Made by a program: the position numbers and the translations under genes
Shown: positions 37,415-49,872 of the stretch, piece by piece
How the letters are laid out: every line of letters begins with the position of its first letter
Numbering within the stretch: position 1 is the first letter of the stretch
Assembly: GCA_038087875.1 (NCBI GenBank)
Contig: CM075990.1
Location: forward strand, 4,404,001 to 4,468,000
Length of the DNA: 64,000 nt
Reading direction: 5' to 3'
From: Malacoraja senta
Taxonomy: Eukaryota
Notes under the pieces: model-generated
What the model saw: the letters and a program-made list of their open reading frames with translations, nothing else
What the model was told of the DNA's origin: nothing
The model's database searches: none

Positions 37415-37578
37415 ATAAAATGCTGGAGTAACTCAGCGGGACAGACAGCATCTCTGGAGAAAACGAATAGGTGACGTCACCAATTCCTTTTCTCCAGAGA
37501 TGCTGTCTGTCCCGCTGAGTTACTCCAGCATTTTGTGTCTATGGTTTAAACCAGCATCTGCAGTTCCTTCCTACACAT
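37415..37578. mobile_element. Inverted pair of Penelope terminal units
   Basis: aaaatgctggagtaactcagcgggacagacagcatctctggagaaa ... tttctccagagatgctgtctgtcccgctgagttactccagcatttt; near-perfect hairpin with TGACGTCA in the middle. Confidence 0.88.
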
Positions 37579-38168
37579 TCCATCTGATTTGCTGTTCCAT
37601 CTCCACCAACCTCTCCCCTTCACATGCCGCTTTTCCTTTCATCCATGTGAGATGCAAATTTTGCTGAGTTCCTCCAGCAGTTTTTTGTTTTGCTATATTC
37701 TTCCCTCTTTCATGTATGCTGCCAGACTGGCGATTGCTCCAGCATTTCCCATTTTGTTTTGAACACTTTTGGCTTGACTATTTGCTTCATTTTCTTTACT
37801 TCTCTATCTCCATCAGAGGGGATAGGTTAGCAACCTGCATCCTGTATGTACAGATGGAAGTAGCCGGCTTCATGGGTCTAATTATATGCACTTTGTGAGG
37901 AAACGGCTGCTAATTAAACATGATGGTTTGATGGAACTAATTTTGTAGATGGATGTCCTATGACGGGAAACAAACCACAAAATAATTGGACTTTATATTG
38001 TCCAGTGTGTGGGGTGTTTTAAGTTGTTATCATGGGCTTTTTCCAAAGTTGCTTTGATGGTTTATGTCATTTTTTTTAATCCACTTTTCTTTTAAACATG
38101 ATCACTCGCCTTGACTAGATAAAATACATTTCCAAAAAATCGGTGGGCTGAAAAATACCTCTGAGTAA

Positions 38169-38694
38169 AGGGCCTGTCCCACGAGCATGCGACTGCATGC
38201 GGCAAGCGCGACCTAACGTGGTCGCGCTAGCCGTACGGCCTCGCGGGGCCGGTCCCACTTCGATCGCCGGAGCCGTATGGAGTTGTGCGGAGCTGGTCCC
38301 GACACCGCGCGGGGCTCCGAAAAACTGACACTGTCCAAAAATTCCGCGCGGCAACGGCCTGCCGGCCCGCTGCCGCTTTGAGGCCGTATGCACCGCCTCG
38401 ACGCCGTACGCACCACCTCGACGCCGTACGCAGCGTCTTGACGGTGAACGCAGCGTCTTGACGGTGTACGCCTAGCGCGTGGCGTTGCGTGATGACGTAA
38501 CCGCCCGACGCCGTGCGACGCCCAAATTCAGTCGGCCCGCCCCCTGCCCAGCTGATTGGTGAGTATGATGTCGGGACCAGCTCCATACGGCTCCGCGGTT
38601 GGAAGTGGGACCGGCCCCGCGAGGCCATACGCCTCAAGCCACCACGTTTGGTCGCGCTAGACGCATGCAGTCGCATGTTGGTGGGACAGGCCCT
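38169..38694. mobile_element. PIF/Harbinger-type MITE, GC/CpG-rich family, copy 2
   Basis: TAA|AGGGCCTGTCCCACGAGCATGCG ... CGCATGTTGGTGGGACAGGCCCT|TAA; 3-bp TSD; internal 20-bp tandem duplications. Confidence 0.88.
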
Positions 38695-40216
38695 TAATAG
38701 TGAGGATTTATTCTCTTCCACTTCTTCCCCCATTAAATTCAAGACAAATGAGGAAAGGACTAAAATGGAAATTGCACTCTTTTCTAACCTGTATGTTGAG
38801 TCAGTAATCTGCATTTGGTGTAAAGGATTAAACAAGAATAAAAATTTAAATGTACATGCTGCTGAGTATATAATTTCCATTAGATTATATGATTAGAGCG
38901 ATTCCTGTTCTATCCCCATAAATAAAAATGATCTGCCCCTTTCTATAAATGAACTATACCAATCAAGCCCTAACTTACATTTGCCTCAATAGCTTAATTT
39001 TCCCCCCTTAAGAGATCTCACTGGTGCTAAACAACCACACATACTTGCCACATTGCCATTCATGCTTAAGCCTTAAAAAGAGTGTTGGCAGCTGTCTTAT
39101 TTTTGCAGGTGACATATCCAAAAGCTTTAACTCTGGTCTGCTCCGAGAAGTGGCCATCGGACAATGGATCCATTTCATCAAGAGAGACAGTATCAATGCC
39201 CTCCTATCTGAAAGGGGCAACTTTCACCTTGCATTTTCAAAGAAATGAAACTAGTAATGCAGTTGCAAAACTTTATTTTGACTAGATTGGTTGAATATAT
39301 TCCTTTTGGGCAGAATAAAGTGCTTGTCAGTAATTTATTATCAAACTTCACGACCAATCTGCGGTATAGCCATGCCACGTGACCCATTACGTTTTTTTTA
39401 ATGCCATGTCAGGCCAAAGGCTCTATCAGAATGACCTGTTTCACTCTGCACTGATGCTGCCTGTCCTGTTTGTTTTGAGCATTTTGTTATTATTTTCAGA
39501 TTTCCAGCATCAAATAATCAGAGGGCTTAGAATTAAAGTAATTGGTAGAGGTCAAATATTAAAGAAAAATATGCAATGTTGCAAATGTAAAATACTCTAG
39601 CTGCTGGAAATAAAAACAGAAAAATCGGAAATGCTTAGCAGTTCAGACAACTACTGTGAAAATAGAACTGGCTGATGTTAGAGTTAAAGAGATTTTGGAT
39701 GCACAGAAAGGGAAGCAGAGAGCAAAATGGTGGCGTGTTCGGGTTACCTCGATTTCTCTCCTTTGAAGCTACCCAGTCTGCTGAATGTTAACAGCATTTT
39801 CTGTTATTTACGGTGTTGCAATTTAGAATAAACTACTTGAAAGGGCAATAGAAGCAGATTCCATAATAATAACTTTCAGAAGCATTAGATACTTTCTCAA
39901 GGCAAAAGTAAGTTGCATTCTTTGGATAGTTCTGTGGGTCAATAAGACTTATCCTACCATACTCTTCGCAGGTACTGTCAACAATTAACAATTTATATGT
40001 AATGCCTTTTCCCCCTCTTTATTTACTACCTAAGGTCTTTACAATTGTTTTGTTTTTACTTTGATTCAGCCTGATGTTACATTACAGTAATATAAAGGTA
40101 AAATAGAAATACACATTCTGCCAGTAATTGGGAAGATGAAGAGAAAGTCTTAAATTCTGAAGCTCATTCTATAAGCTATGATATATTTCCCTGCACCCTG
40201 GGACTGAAAACCCCCG

Positions 40217-40313
40217 AGATAGCCACAAAATGCTGGAGTAACTCAGCAGGACAGGCAGCATCTTTGGAGAGAGGGAATGGGCGACATTTTGGGTCGAGAC
40301 CCTTCTTCAGACT
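40217..40313 (-). mobile_element. Short Penelope-derived hammerhead unit
   Basis: Reverse complement of agtctgaagaagggtctcgacccaaaatgtcgcccattccc...ctgagttactccagcattttgtg. Confidence 0.85.
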
Positions 40314-41790
40314 GTATAATGCCTGCTTTATTATATACTCCCTATATACTGTACAGAACCACAAACACCATGTTTATTGTACATTCAGTTTAACATGCTT
40401 TATTAACTGCACTATAAGTGGGGAGGCAAAATGTAGATTTGTGATCCCTTTCTTAAACACATCTAATCAGCCTGCAACTTCGACTCGGAGCTACCAATTT
40501 AATTCTCTGCTTTCACTGTAACCTTTTTGCTTTTGGCCTCTGACTCTATTTTAATGCAGGTCAACAGAAGTTCAAGGGTTACAGCACCTTACACTTTTTA
40601 CCTTAGAACACGTTCAACCGATTCAACAATTTGAAATCCCAACCAACACCACCACAGTTTCTGAATTAATCATTTCCATGCTGCCATTTGCAGTATTCCC
40701 AAAGCTAATCTTTTATTTCTTATTCCCATTCCCATCTCCGTTAGCCCTGTTGGCATGCTAACTCTTTTGGCATTTAATAATTCCTTCTACCTGAGAACAG
40801 ACCTTTTATTCAATCTTCTATTTCTTCAACACATTTTTGTCGGAGTACTTAATGGCTGTGTACTATCCAGTTCTAACAAATGGTCTCCAAGTTAAAGTGC
40901 TAACTCTTGTCCTCTTCTCACAAATGCCGGTAAGTATTACTAGCAGTTATATGATGGTACTTCTGAGGTGCTTGCTTAGATAATTAGATAATATCCATCT
41001 TCAGAATCTGAAGTTATGTTTGTGAGTTGAGACTAACAGTGCCTGTATGTTCTTAATCTGTTGTGATCGCAAACAGCGTGAGCACTTGCTCTGATTTTAA
41101 TCACGAAGTACTATGCGACTAACCCCGCAGTTCTAATAATTAATATTAGAACTCTTCTGTCTTTACTATGTGGAAATAGCTAGAAATGTCAATATCAATC
41201 CAGGGCATCCTGCTCAAGTAGTCCTTGGTAGTGGTTTCCCTCCTAAACTTGTAAAGTAGCCACTCAAACTTTACTGAGGTGTGCAGTGATTGTCAGCAAA
41301 CATTTTGCAAAAATGAGCTCAGTTTTTCCTCCTGCCCTTTCTTGTCATGTGCTGCTGTTTGGATCCACAAACCAATGAAAAGTTCTGTTGTAAATAGAAG
41401 TGAAAATAGCCCAAATATTAAAACGGAATGGGAACAAAGCGCTGATCTTATGATGTAAAAGACACAAACACTTGAAGTTCAATGAAAAGTAGGAATTTTT
41501 TTAAAGCGCTGAAGGCAGCTGGAAAGAAGAAAAACATAACAATGTTTCTTAATAAACATAAGTGGGGAAGTTATAGCATTAATGATAAAGATAATAATTG
41601 GCCTATATACTAATGCAGAGAGCATAACAATAAATAAAGCAAGGGTATTCCAAGAATGTAGTGCACTGATTTGGAAGAGATGCAAGTGAATTACTTCTTC
41701 ACCTGGAATAAATGTCACTGCATGCTGCAAAGGAGAAAGGTAACACAGCAGGTGTTGCATCGCCTGTGGCAGCATGGGAAGCTGCCCTGT

Positions 41791-42108
41791 GGGCGGCACG
41801 GTGGCACAGCGGTAGAGTTACTGCCGTACAGCGCCAGAGACCCGTTTTGATCCCGACTACTAGCGCTGTCTGTGCGGAGTTTGCATGTTCTCCCTGTGAC
41901 CACGTGGGTTTTGTCCGGGTGCCTCAGTTTCCTCCAGCATTCCAAAGAAGTGCAGGTATGTAGGTTAATTGCCGTCTGTAAATTGCCCCTAGTACGTAGG
42001 ATGCGTAAGTGGGGTAACAAAGAACTAGTATACGGTCATAGACCAGTATCGTTGGACAGCGTGGATTTGGTGGACCGAAGGGCCTGATTCCACGCTGTAT
42101 TGTCTAAA
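41791..42108 (+). mobile_element. HE1-like tRNA-derived V-SINE, full length
   Basis: gggcggcacggtggcacagcggtagag (A-box), ttttgatccc (B-box-like), V-domain ggagtttgcatgttctccctgtg, tail ccgaagggcctgattccacgctgtat. Confidence 0.9.
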
Positions 42109-42346
42109 TGAGTGGTGATTGGTAGAGATAGAACAGGGAAGCAGGGTGTTATGGAGGGAATGGTTATTTTGGACTGCTAAGAAGAAAGGGAGTGGGAAAG
42201 ATGTGTCTAATGGGTATGTTTATCAGAAATTACAGGATGTAATCTATAAAATTTCAAAACTGGTGAGTGCAAGGTGAGACTACAAGGGGAACCATTACTT
42301 ACAATGGGGAGGTACAAGGCGGCTTTTAAGAGAACATGTCCAATAA

Positions 42347-43135
42347 CATGGTATTGGTAGCGAATTGAGGAATGCAGTTATATGGTAAATGGTAGCGAAT
42401 TGAGGAATGCAGTTGAACAGAGGGATCTAGGAATAACTGCATAGTTCCCTGAAGATGGAATCTCATGTAGATAGGGTGGTAAAGAAAGCTTTTGGTGTGC
42501 TGGCCTTTATTAATCAGAGCATTGAGTATAGAAGTTGGGATGTAATGTTAAAATTGTACAAGGCATTGGTGAGGCCAATTCTGGAGTATGGTGTACAATT
42601 TTGGTCGCCAAATTATAGGAAAGATGTCAACAAAATAGAGAGAGTACAGAGGAGATTTACTAGAATGTTGCCTGAGTTTCAGCACCTAAGTTCCAGAAAA
42701 AGGTTGAACAAGATAGGTCTTTATTCTTTGGAGCGCAGAAGGTTAAGGGGGGACTTGACAGAGGTCTTTAAAATTATGAGAGGGATAGACAGAGTTGACG
42801 TGGATAAGCTTTTTCCATTGAGGGTAGGGAAGATTCAAACAAGAGGACATGATTTGAGAATTAAGGGACAAAAGTTTAGGGGTAACATGAGGGGGAACTT
42901 CTTTACTCAGAGAGTGGTAGCTGTGTGGAATGAGCTTCCAATGGAAGTGGTGGAGGCAGGTTCGATTTTATCATTTAAAAATAAATTGGATAGGTATATG
43001 GACGGGAAAGGAATGGAGGGTTATGGTCTGAGTGCAGGTAGACGGGACTAGGTGAGAGTTAGTGTTCGGCAAGGACTAGAAGGGCCGAGATGGCATGTTT
43101 CCATGACGTAATTGTTATATGGTTATATATGGTTA
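42347..43135 (+). mobile_element. CR1 LINE 3' fragment ((TTATATGG)n family) with 5' duplication
   Basis: Open ORF 42455-43051 (198 aa) near-identical to the 9518 and 26368 copies; tggtagcgaattgaggaatgcagtt occurs twice at the 5' end. Confidence 0.95.
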
Positions 43136-44261
43136 ATAAGTGGACTGTGAAATGTGATCCTTGTTAACATTTATGGATGGAAAGGCATGATGAGGGAAAG
43201 AGGACATCTTGGATGACAACTGTTATTGTCATCACAATAAATATGATGGAGGTAACAAAAATAAAATGTAGATCTACAGGAACGATGCAATGGGAAGCGG
43301 TGAACTATGTGTGCATGTAGATAGTTTTTGCACTTCTTTGAAAAGAAGACTTGCGTAATTAAACAAATTTCTTTAATAATTCATGTGAAATGTTATTTTA
43401 AGACCAAAATGGAGGTCTTGAATAAATGAAAGGAGGCAAAATCTGTGGTGATGTTAAGAAAAAGCAACGGAACACACACACACAATGGTTTCATTGGACT
43501 TCACCTTTTATGAAGAGTTTAAAGTACCAAAACTACGTAAAATCTATAAATAAAGGAACTTAATTATAATACCGTAAGGAAATTACTTTACTCCTGAGTA
43601 ATTTAGAAAGCAGTAAATCTCCCAGATATGATGATTTATATCCTGGGGTTTTAAAGTCAGTGTGGAGATTGTAAGTCATTCTTTTCACAACATTCCAAGA
43701 CACTGATTCAACTTTGTCCTTGCATTGTAATTGTAAATGTCTCTCTTTCTATTTGTTAGGAGTGAATACGGAAACCAAGTTGATTGTATGTATGCTGCAG
43801 GGAAGCTGCTGGAATCTCTCATTGGTGACATGATAACAAAGCCCTTGGACTAACATGATCAGAGAACCAACATTGATTTGACCATGTTAAACTTTTCATG
43901 TTAAACTTAGTTTAATTTTTTGTTTTGTGTATGGAAAGGAATGTCAACAGATTCTGGAAGGCATTTACAAGGAAATGGCAATAGAAAAGGATTAAGTCAA
44001 CTCTTTGCCCTACGAGTTTTTCCTTTTTAAATATATACTTAATTACTTAAAATTTGGTGTTGAATCTGCTTCCATCTTTACAAACACTGCACTTTAAACC
44101 ATCAAAACTCACAGAATAAAAATATTTCCACTCCAGTTCTATTACCACATTTTATATTTTGTTCTCTCATTACTAACTCTCTCATCAGAAATAATTTCCA
44201 TTAGCTCTGACAAAGCCCCTCATAATTTTGAACACATTAGGTTTTCTACTTTCAAACTTTA

Positions 44262-44733
44262 AAGTCATAAGGTCATAATTGATAGGAGTAGAATTAGGCC
44301 ATTTGGCCTATCAAGTCTACTCCACCATTCAATCATGTCTGGTCTATCTCTCCCTCCTAACCCTATTCTCCTGCCATCTCCCCATAACCTCTGACACCTG
44401 TACTAATCAAGAATCTATCTATCTCTGCCGTAAAAATATCCACTGACGGCCTCCACAGCCTTCAGTGGCAAAGAATTCCACAGATTCACCACCCTCTGAC
44501 TAAAGACATTTTCCCTCATCTCCTTCCTAAAAGAACGTCCTTTAATTCGAAGGCAATGGCCTTGAGTCCTAGATTCTCTCATTAGTGGAAGCATTCTCTC
44601 CACATCCACTCTATCCAAGTCTTTCACTATTTTGTATGTTTCAATGAGGTCCCCCCTCATTCTTCTAAACCCCAGCGAGTACAGGTCCAGTGTCGACAAA
44701 CGCTCATCATAAGTTAACCTACTCATTCCTGGG
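44262..44733 (-). mobile_element. CR1 LINE 3' fragment
   Basis: PGMSRLTYDERL...MRGDLIETYKI...SQRVVNLWNSLP. Confidence 0.9.
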
Positions 44734-44759
44734 ACCCTAAATGCCATTGTCCATAATGT

Positions 44760-45360
44760 AGATGCAAGGAACTGCAGGTACTGGTGTACAGAAAATGACA
44801 CCAACTGCTGGAGTAACTCAGCAGGTCATGGAGCATCTTTGGAGAAAAAGGATAGGTGACGATTTGGGTTGTGATCTTTCATGGAAACGTGATGGTTGTC
44901 AGTGTAATAGTGAGCTGGAAATGATCAGGAGCCAAACAACTAAGGATAGGTGTGTAGGAAGGAACTGCAAATGCTGATTTAAACCGAAGATAGACACAAA
45001 CAGACACAAATTGGAGCATCTCGTATTTCACTTGGGCAGTCAGTTTACAACACAGTGGTATGAATATTGATTCTTCTAACTTCAAGTAACCCCTGCATTG
45101 CCACCCTCTCTCTCCATCCCTCCCCCACCCAAGTTGCACCAGCTTCGCATTCTCACCTAGCAATCAACCAACAATGGCCTGTTTCCTTTAACAACGTTAC
45201 TTTTTTGCATATCTTTCATTCATTTGTTCTACATCCCCGTGCATATCTCTCGTTTCCTTTTCCTCCAACTCTCAGTCTCAACCCGAAACATCACCCATTC
45301 CTTCTCTCCAGAGATGTTGCCTGTCCCGCTGAGTTACTCCAGGATTTTGTGTTTATCTTC
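44760..45360. mobile_element. Cluster of Penelope 3' fragments (minus at 44760-44875 and 44950-45010; plus at 45010-45360)
   Basis: ttggagcatctcgtatttcacttgggcag...gtggtatgaatattga...cagtctcaacccgaaacatcacccattcc. Confidence 0.8.
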
Positions 45361-45894
45361 AGGTACGAATAGGGCCATGTTAATCCCGCTGGATCGAACA
45401 AATAGGGCAGTGCTATATGGCAGATAATGGGTCTGCCTGAATGGAATGGATAAATGTTAGAATGCAGTCTTCTAAATCCTTAAACCCCAAAACCTTTGGG
45501 AAGCCTGCATAAAGTTTGTTTAACCTGATGGTCTTTGCTGAAGAAAAAACATCCAAATCCCTTTCCTGGAATAAGAGACCATGTGACCTGTTTATTGCTA
45601 TCGTGTGCAGAAAGTTCTGAAATATGGGATTGATTAGCTGCCACTGCTTGGTAAGATGCTGAGTCAAAGTTGTCTTGGCGTCAACAGGCAGAGATGTTGT
45701 AGCCATGGTTCTTGCTGTAAAAAGTGAGCATCACCTCAGCGTAACCTTGGAGACCTTTTCCTTGGAGTCTATGATGAATTGGACACAGATGTGTGCAATA
45801 GCGTCTTTAAATGTGAGCTCTTTGCCAGCCATGTTTGCTCTGGTTCACCTGACCTATCATTCTTCCTCACAAAATACATGGTTCAGTGTCATGT

Positions 45895-45988
45895 CTGAAG
45901 AAGAGTCTCGACCCGAAATGTCACCCATTCCTTCTCTCCAGAGATGCTGTCTGTCCTGCTGAGTCACTCAGCGTTTTGAGTGTATCTT
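45895..45988 (+). mobile_element. Short Penelope hammerhead unit with TSD
   Basis: CTGAAGAAGAGTCTCGACCCGAAATGTC...; flanked by tggttcagtgtcatgt (45879-45894) / tggttcagtgctgtgt (45989-46004). Confidence 0.85.
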
Positions 45989-48577
45989 TGGTTCAGTGCT
46001 GTGTTCTTGTTACATTGGGTGTCCTCCTGACTTCAGATGAGTGGTTCTTCTTCTCATAATTATCCAATCTGTTAGAAGCCATTTTGTCCCTGCAGTTGCT
46101 CAGCACTCAGCTCGCGTTCCACATTTCTATTGCTCAGCTGCAAATTGAGTGGTTGTTTTAAGGACTCTGCCAAAGTTAAATTTTGCTTGCAGTGAATTTA
46201 AACAAATTTCTTTCCAATTAAACTACATGTTTGAAACATTGATGTTTGTTGAGTCTTTCTTTCAGTTGGCTACAAAATAAAATACTGAATGATTTATATT
46301 AGCATATAATATTGTATAAAAGTGCCAGCATGATAGGTGACATCTTAGTGAGGAAAATATATGATGTGATCATATTCAGAGGAAAATCTATATCTTTCGC
46401 TCTCTTTACAATGTTCCCACCTGTTCTTTATTTTCGCACATTTTCTTTATGCCTATCGACTTTGTCAGTTTTCAGAGCAATCCTGACCTCCCACATATTT
46501 CCAGGTAACTGCTCTATAGCTTGCTTATAAACTTCATCCCTGTTTTTCTACTGCCTACCTAAACCAGGGATAATTTGTTGCAGCCAAAACCTAGAAAATC
46601 CCAATGTGTGGATGGAAACTGGAGCACCTGGAGGAAACCCACACAGTCAGGTTAGGATCTTACCTAAGTGGCTGGAGCTGTGCGAATGCAGCAAAGCTTT
46701 ATTAACTTGCAGGGGGGGGAGTGATTTAAATGCTCAAGCCAAAAGAAAACAATGATATACAAGCTGGGGGAAAGGGAATTGCAATGGAGAACCCTTGATG
46801 AAATAAAAACCTTGAGTTAGAGGATCCTGTTGAAGCGTTAGTCATTTTATAATTTCTCTACTTTTTAATCAAGGAACTGAGGGTCTGGGAACTGGTACAG
46901 AAGAGGAGATGAGGCCTAGGGCAGATCAGCCATGAATAAGGAGGTAGGCTTGAGGGGCAAGTGACCTCCTCCTGCTCCTATTGTCTTATGTTCTTATACA
47001 TTTTTTATTAAAGAAGCACTGTGCCTCGCTCATAACTTAAATTACCAATTGACAAATGACAAATTTAATATTTTGACAATATAGTTTCTCTACTAGATCG
47101 AAATACTTGTATTTCTCTTGAATCTCAGCTCTCAAATTGTTCAGTAGCTGTTTAACGTGGGTGGAGCGATTATGCTTGTTAAATAGTGGTAGAATTACAA
47201 GCAGGTCTCCACAGCGAATCCTCGATTGAAACATTTTCGAGGGTTGCAACTCTGCAGAACCTTTTATGAATTACAAATTCAATTGAAAACGTAAGTTAAA
47301 CATTACATGCACTTTGCTGAACCATATGTTCCTGTAATTGCATTGTATTGTATTACAATTCAGAGCAGGAAGGGGAGAGAGTAATTGTTGCACAAATGTC
47401 TGCTTGCACGCAGAGACAAAAAAAGTCAATAGATTGACCCAAGCTTGGAATGTGGTGTGCCCTGCTGCCAGATAGTAGTGTGATTGGTTCATAGTGCTGT
47501 GTGTGTGTTAACCTTGGAAATGGTCCAACACCCTGTAGTCTCAAGTGGCTGACATGGGAATCTGTCACTGCCTTCATTTGAGGCACTGACTTTGTTCTCC
47601 CCTCCTAAGATGTTTGTTGTCGGTTCTTTGCAGTAAGGAGCTTTTCATAATCCGAGAGTCATGGATGTGTGAAAAGCAGGCCACAGGTCCCGGGTTGTTT
47701 CCCCTTGTGAAAATAAGATGTGACATGAGCCTCCCCTCTCTCCCACTAATTTGTCGTCCTCATGAATGTTGTTCAGAACAACAATTAAAATAAAATTCGC
47801 CAAGGTCCCAAGGAACACGCAGATCAAGTTATTAATGGTGGAAATGACTACTGATGATAATTACAGCTCATCCTTTTACAAATGCCTTCGACATGTTTAG
47901 CCATTCACGAATAATAGCACCGGGTCAGTAGGTCAAATCCCCAGAAACAAGGGGCCAAAGAAAAGCAATGCTAGTCTTCTATTCATCTGAGCACAAATCT
48001 GATTTGTGTCGCATTGATATTTTAATTACAGAGGTTATTTCACCAGCCTTGTAGCATCTAATTTATTTGGGGACACCCTAATCCTGACAACCCATATTAT
48101 TGTAATGACAGAACCTGATTGAAGTAGGATTATCCATTCTTCTGAGTGAATTAATTGAAATGCACCAATGAATGTGCATTATGGAAAGATGGAAGTTACC
48201 CGTACTACTTATTGTTTGGAATAAATTGTCGGGCTTTACATTTTTTAAAAAAGTGAAAATTAAGTCTATACACATTGTTCATGCGCTGCAACTTAAAAAT
48301 AAATCACAAGAATGTGCTTTGAAGGGTATAATCTTGTGTCAAGACTTGAATTTGGTTAATTACTGTTTAGTTGTTTGGTCTCCAGTTGTCTGTTGGCATT
48401 TGATTTACGGATGCTTAACACAGACACCTGAATGAATGTGAGAGCATTGAATTTATTGGACTGTTTCTCCGCTTTGCTTTTCAACACACTTAAATACTAC
48501 CGGTACCTTTTTTAAAACAAAATGTAATTGGTTTGCGAAGCAAATCTATTTGCAAGTTCTGCTACTTGTGTTACCTG

Positions 48578-48783
48578 GAGTAACTCAGCGGGACAGGCAG
48601 CATCTCTGGAGAGAAGGAATGGGTGACATTTCGGGTCGAGACCCTCCTTTGGAGTCTGAAGAAGGGTCTCGACCCGAAATGTCACCCGTTCATTCTCCCC
48701 AGAGATGCTGCCTGTCCTACTGAGTTACTCCAGCATTTTGTGTCTATCTTCAGTTTAAACCAGCATCTGCAGTTCCTTCCGAC
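48578..48783. mobile_element. Inverted pair of Penelope hammerhead units with 14-bp TSD
   Basis: Minus unit 48578-48645 and plus unit 48653-48783; acttgtgttacctg at 48564-48577 and 48784-48797. Confidence 0.92.
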
Positions 48784-48859
48784 ACTTGTGTTACCTGTGT
48801 ATTTCTGAATGCCAATGACATGATGGGGATAAATCGTTGCCGTTTCATGGTTGGAGTGG

Positions 48860-49170
48860 TGAATATGAGTCAGAGAGATGCAGCACGGAAACGAGCACAT
48901 CTGACCACAGAGGCCGCCCATCGACGCCTACCCCAGCCTATTTTCTCGACGCATATAACAACACATGTACGCACAAGAAGCAATTTACAGTGGCCTTTTA
49001 ACCCACAGACCTGGACATTTTGGCGGAAATTGGCGGAAACTGGAGGACTTTGTAAAAATCATACAGACATGGGAAGAATATGCAAACTCTTTGTAGACGG
49101 CACCATAAATGTGGATCAAACCCAGATCTCTGGATTCTTGAGGCAGCTGCTCTACTATCCATGCAGCTGT
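48860..49170 (-). mobile_element. Degenerate HE1-like SINE
   Basis: agagatgcagcacggaaac...gcaatttacagtggcc...gggaagaatatgcaaactc...ggatcaaacccagatctctgg. Confidence 0.65.
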
Positions 49171-49235
49171 GTGTCAGTGAGACCCGGCTACTGACGATTG
49201 CGATTGATTAATGCCGGGTTTGTGTTGAGTGAATG

Positions 49236-49872
49236 AAAACATAGAAACATATGAAATAGGTGCAGGAGGAGGCTATTCGGTCCTTCGAGCCAGCACCGCC
49301 ATTCATTGTGATCATGGCTGATCGTCCCCTATCAATAACCCATGCCTGCCTTCTCCCCATATCCCTTGACTCCACTAGCCCCTAGAGCTCTATCTAACTC
49401 TCTTAAATCCATCCAGTGATTTGGCCTCCACTGCCCTCTGTGGCAGGGAATTCCACAAATTCACAACTCTCTGGGTGAAAACGTTTGTTCTCACCTCAGT
49501 CTTAAATGTCCTCCCCTTTATTCTGAGACTGTGGCCCCTGGTTCTGGACTCGCCCAACATTGGGAACATTTTTCCTACATCTAGCTTGTCCAGTCCTTTT
49601 ATAATTTTATATGTTTCGATAAGATCCCCCCTCATCCTTCTAAACTCCAGTAAATACAAGCCTAGTCTTTTCAATCTTTCCTCATATGACAGTCCCGCCA
49701 TCCCAGGGATCAATCTCGTGAACCTACGCTGCACTGCGTCAATCACAAGGATGTCCTTCCTCAAATTAGGAGACCAAAACTGTACACAATACTCCAGATG
49801 TGGTCTCACCAGTGCCCTATACAACTTTCAGAAGAACCTCTTTATTCTTATACTGAAATCCTCTTGTTATGA
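49236..49872 (-). mobile_element. CR1-clade LINE (HER1-like) 3' fragment
   Basis: ORF YRALVRPHLEYCVQFWSPNLRKD...; very similar to 12533-13143. Confidence 0.95.

Larger units (their letters stand above)
41650..43310 (-). mobile_element. Degenerate Penelope remnant hosting a SINE and a CR1 insertion
   Basis: Minus GSFPCCHRRCNTC and QVKK.FTCISSKSV (41670-41790); aatggttccccttgtagtctcacc (~42270-42295) resembles VPLVL. Confidence 0.55.

Noticed and set aside
38227..38896. 217-aa and 127-aa ORFs
   Set aside because: They run through the GC-rich MITE into flanking DNA; no transposase motifs.
41791..41860. tRNA-like sequence (also at ~11950-12018 and 51660-51727)
   Set aside because: These are SINE heads continuing into a V-domain; no complete cloverleaf.
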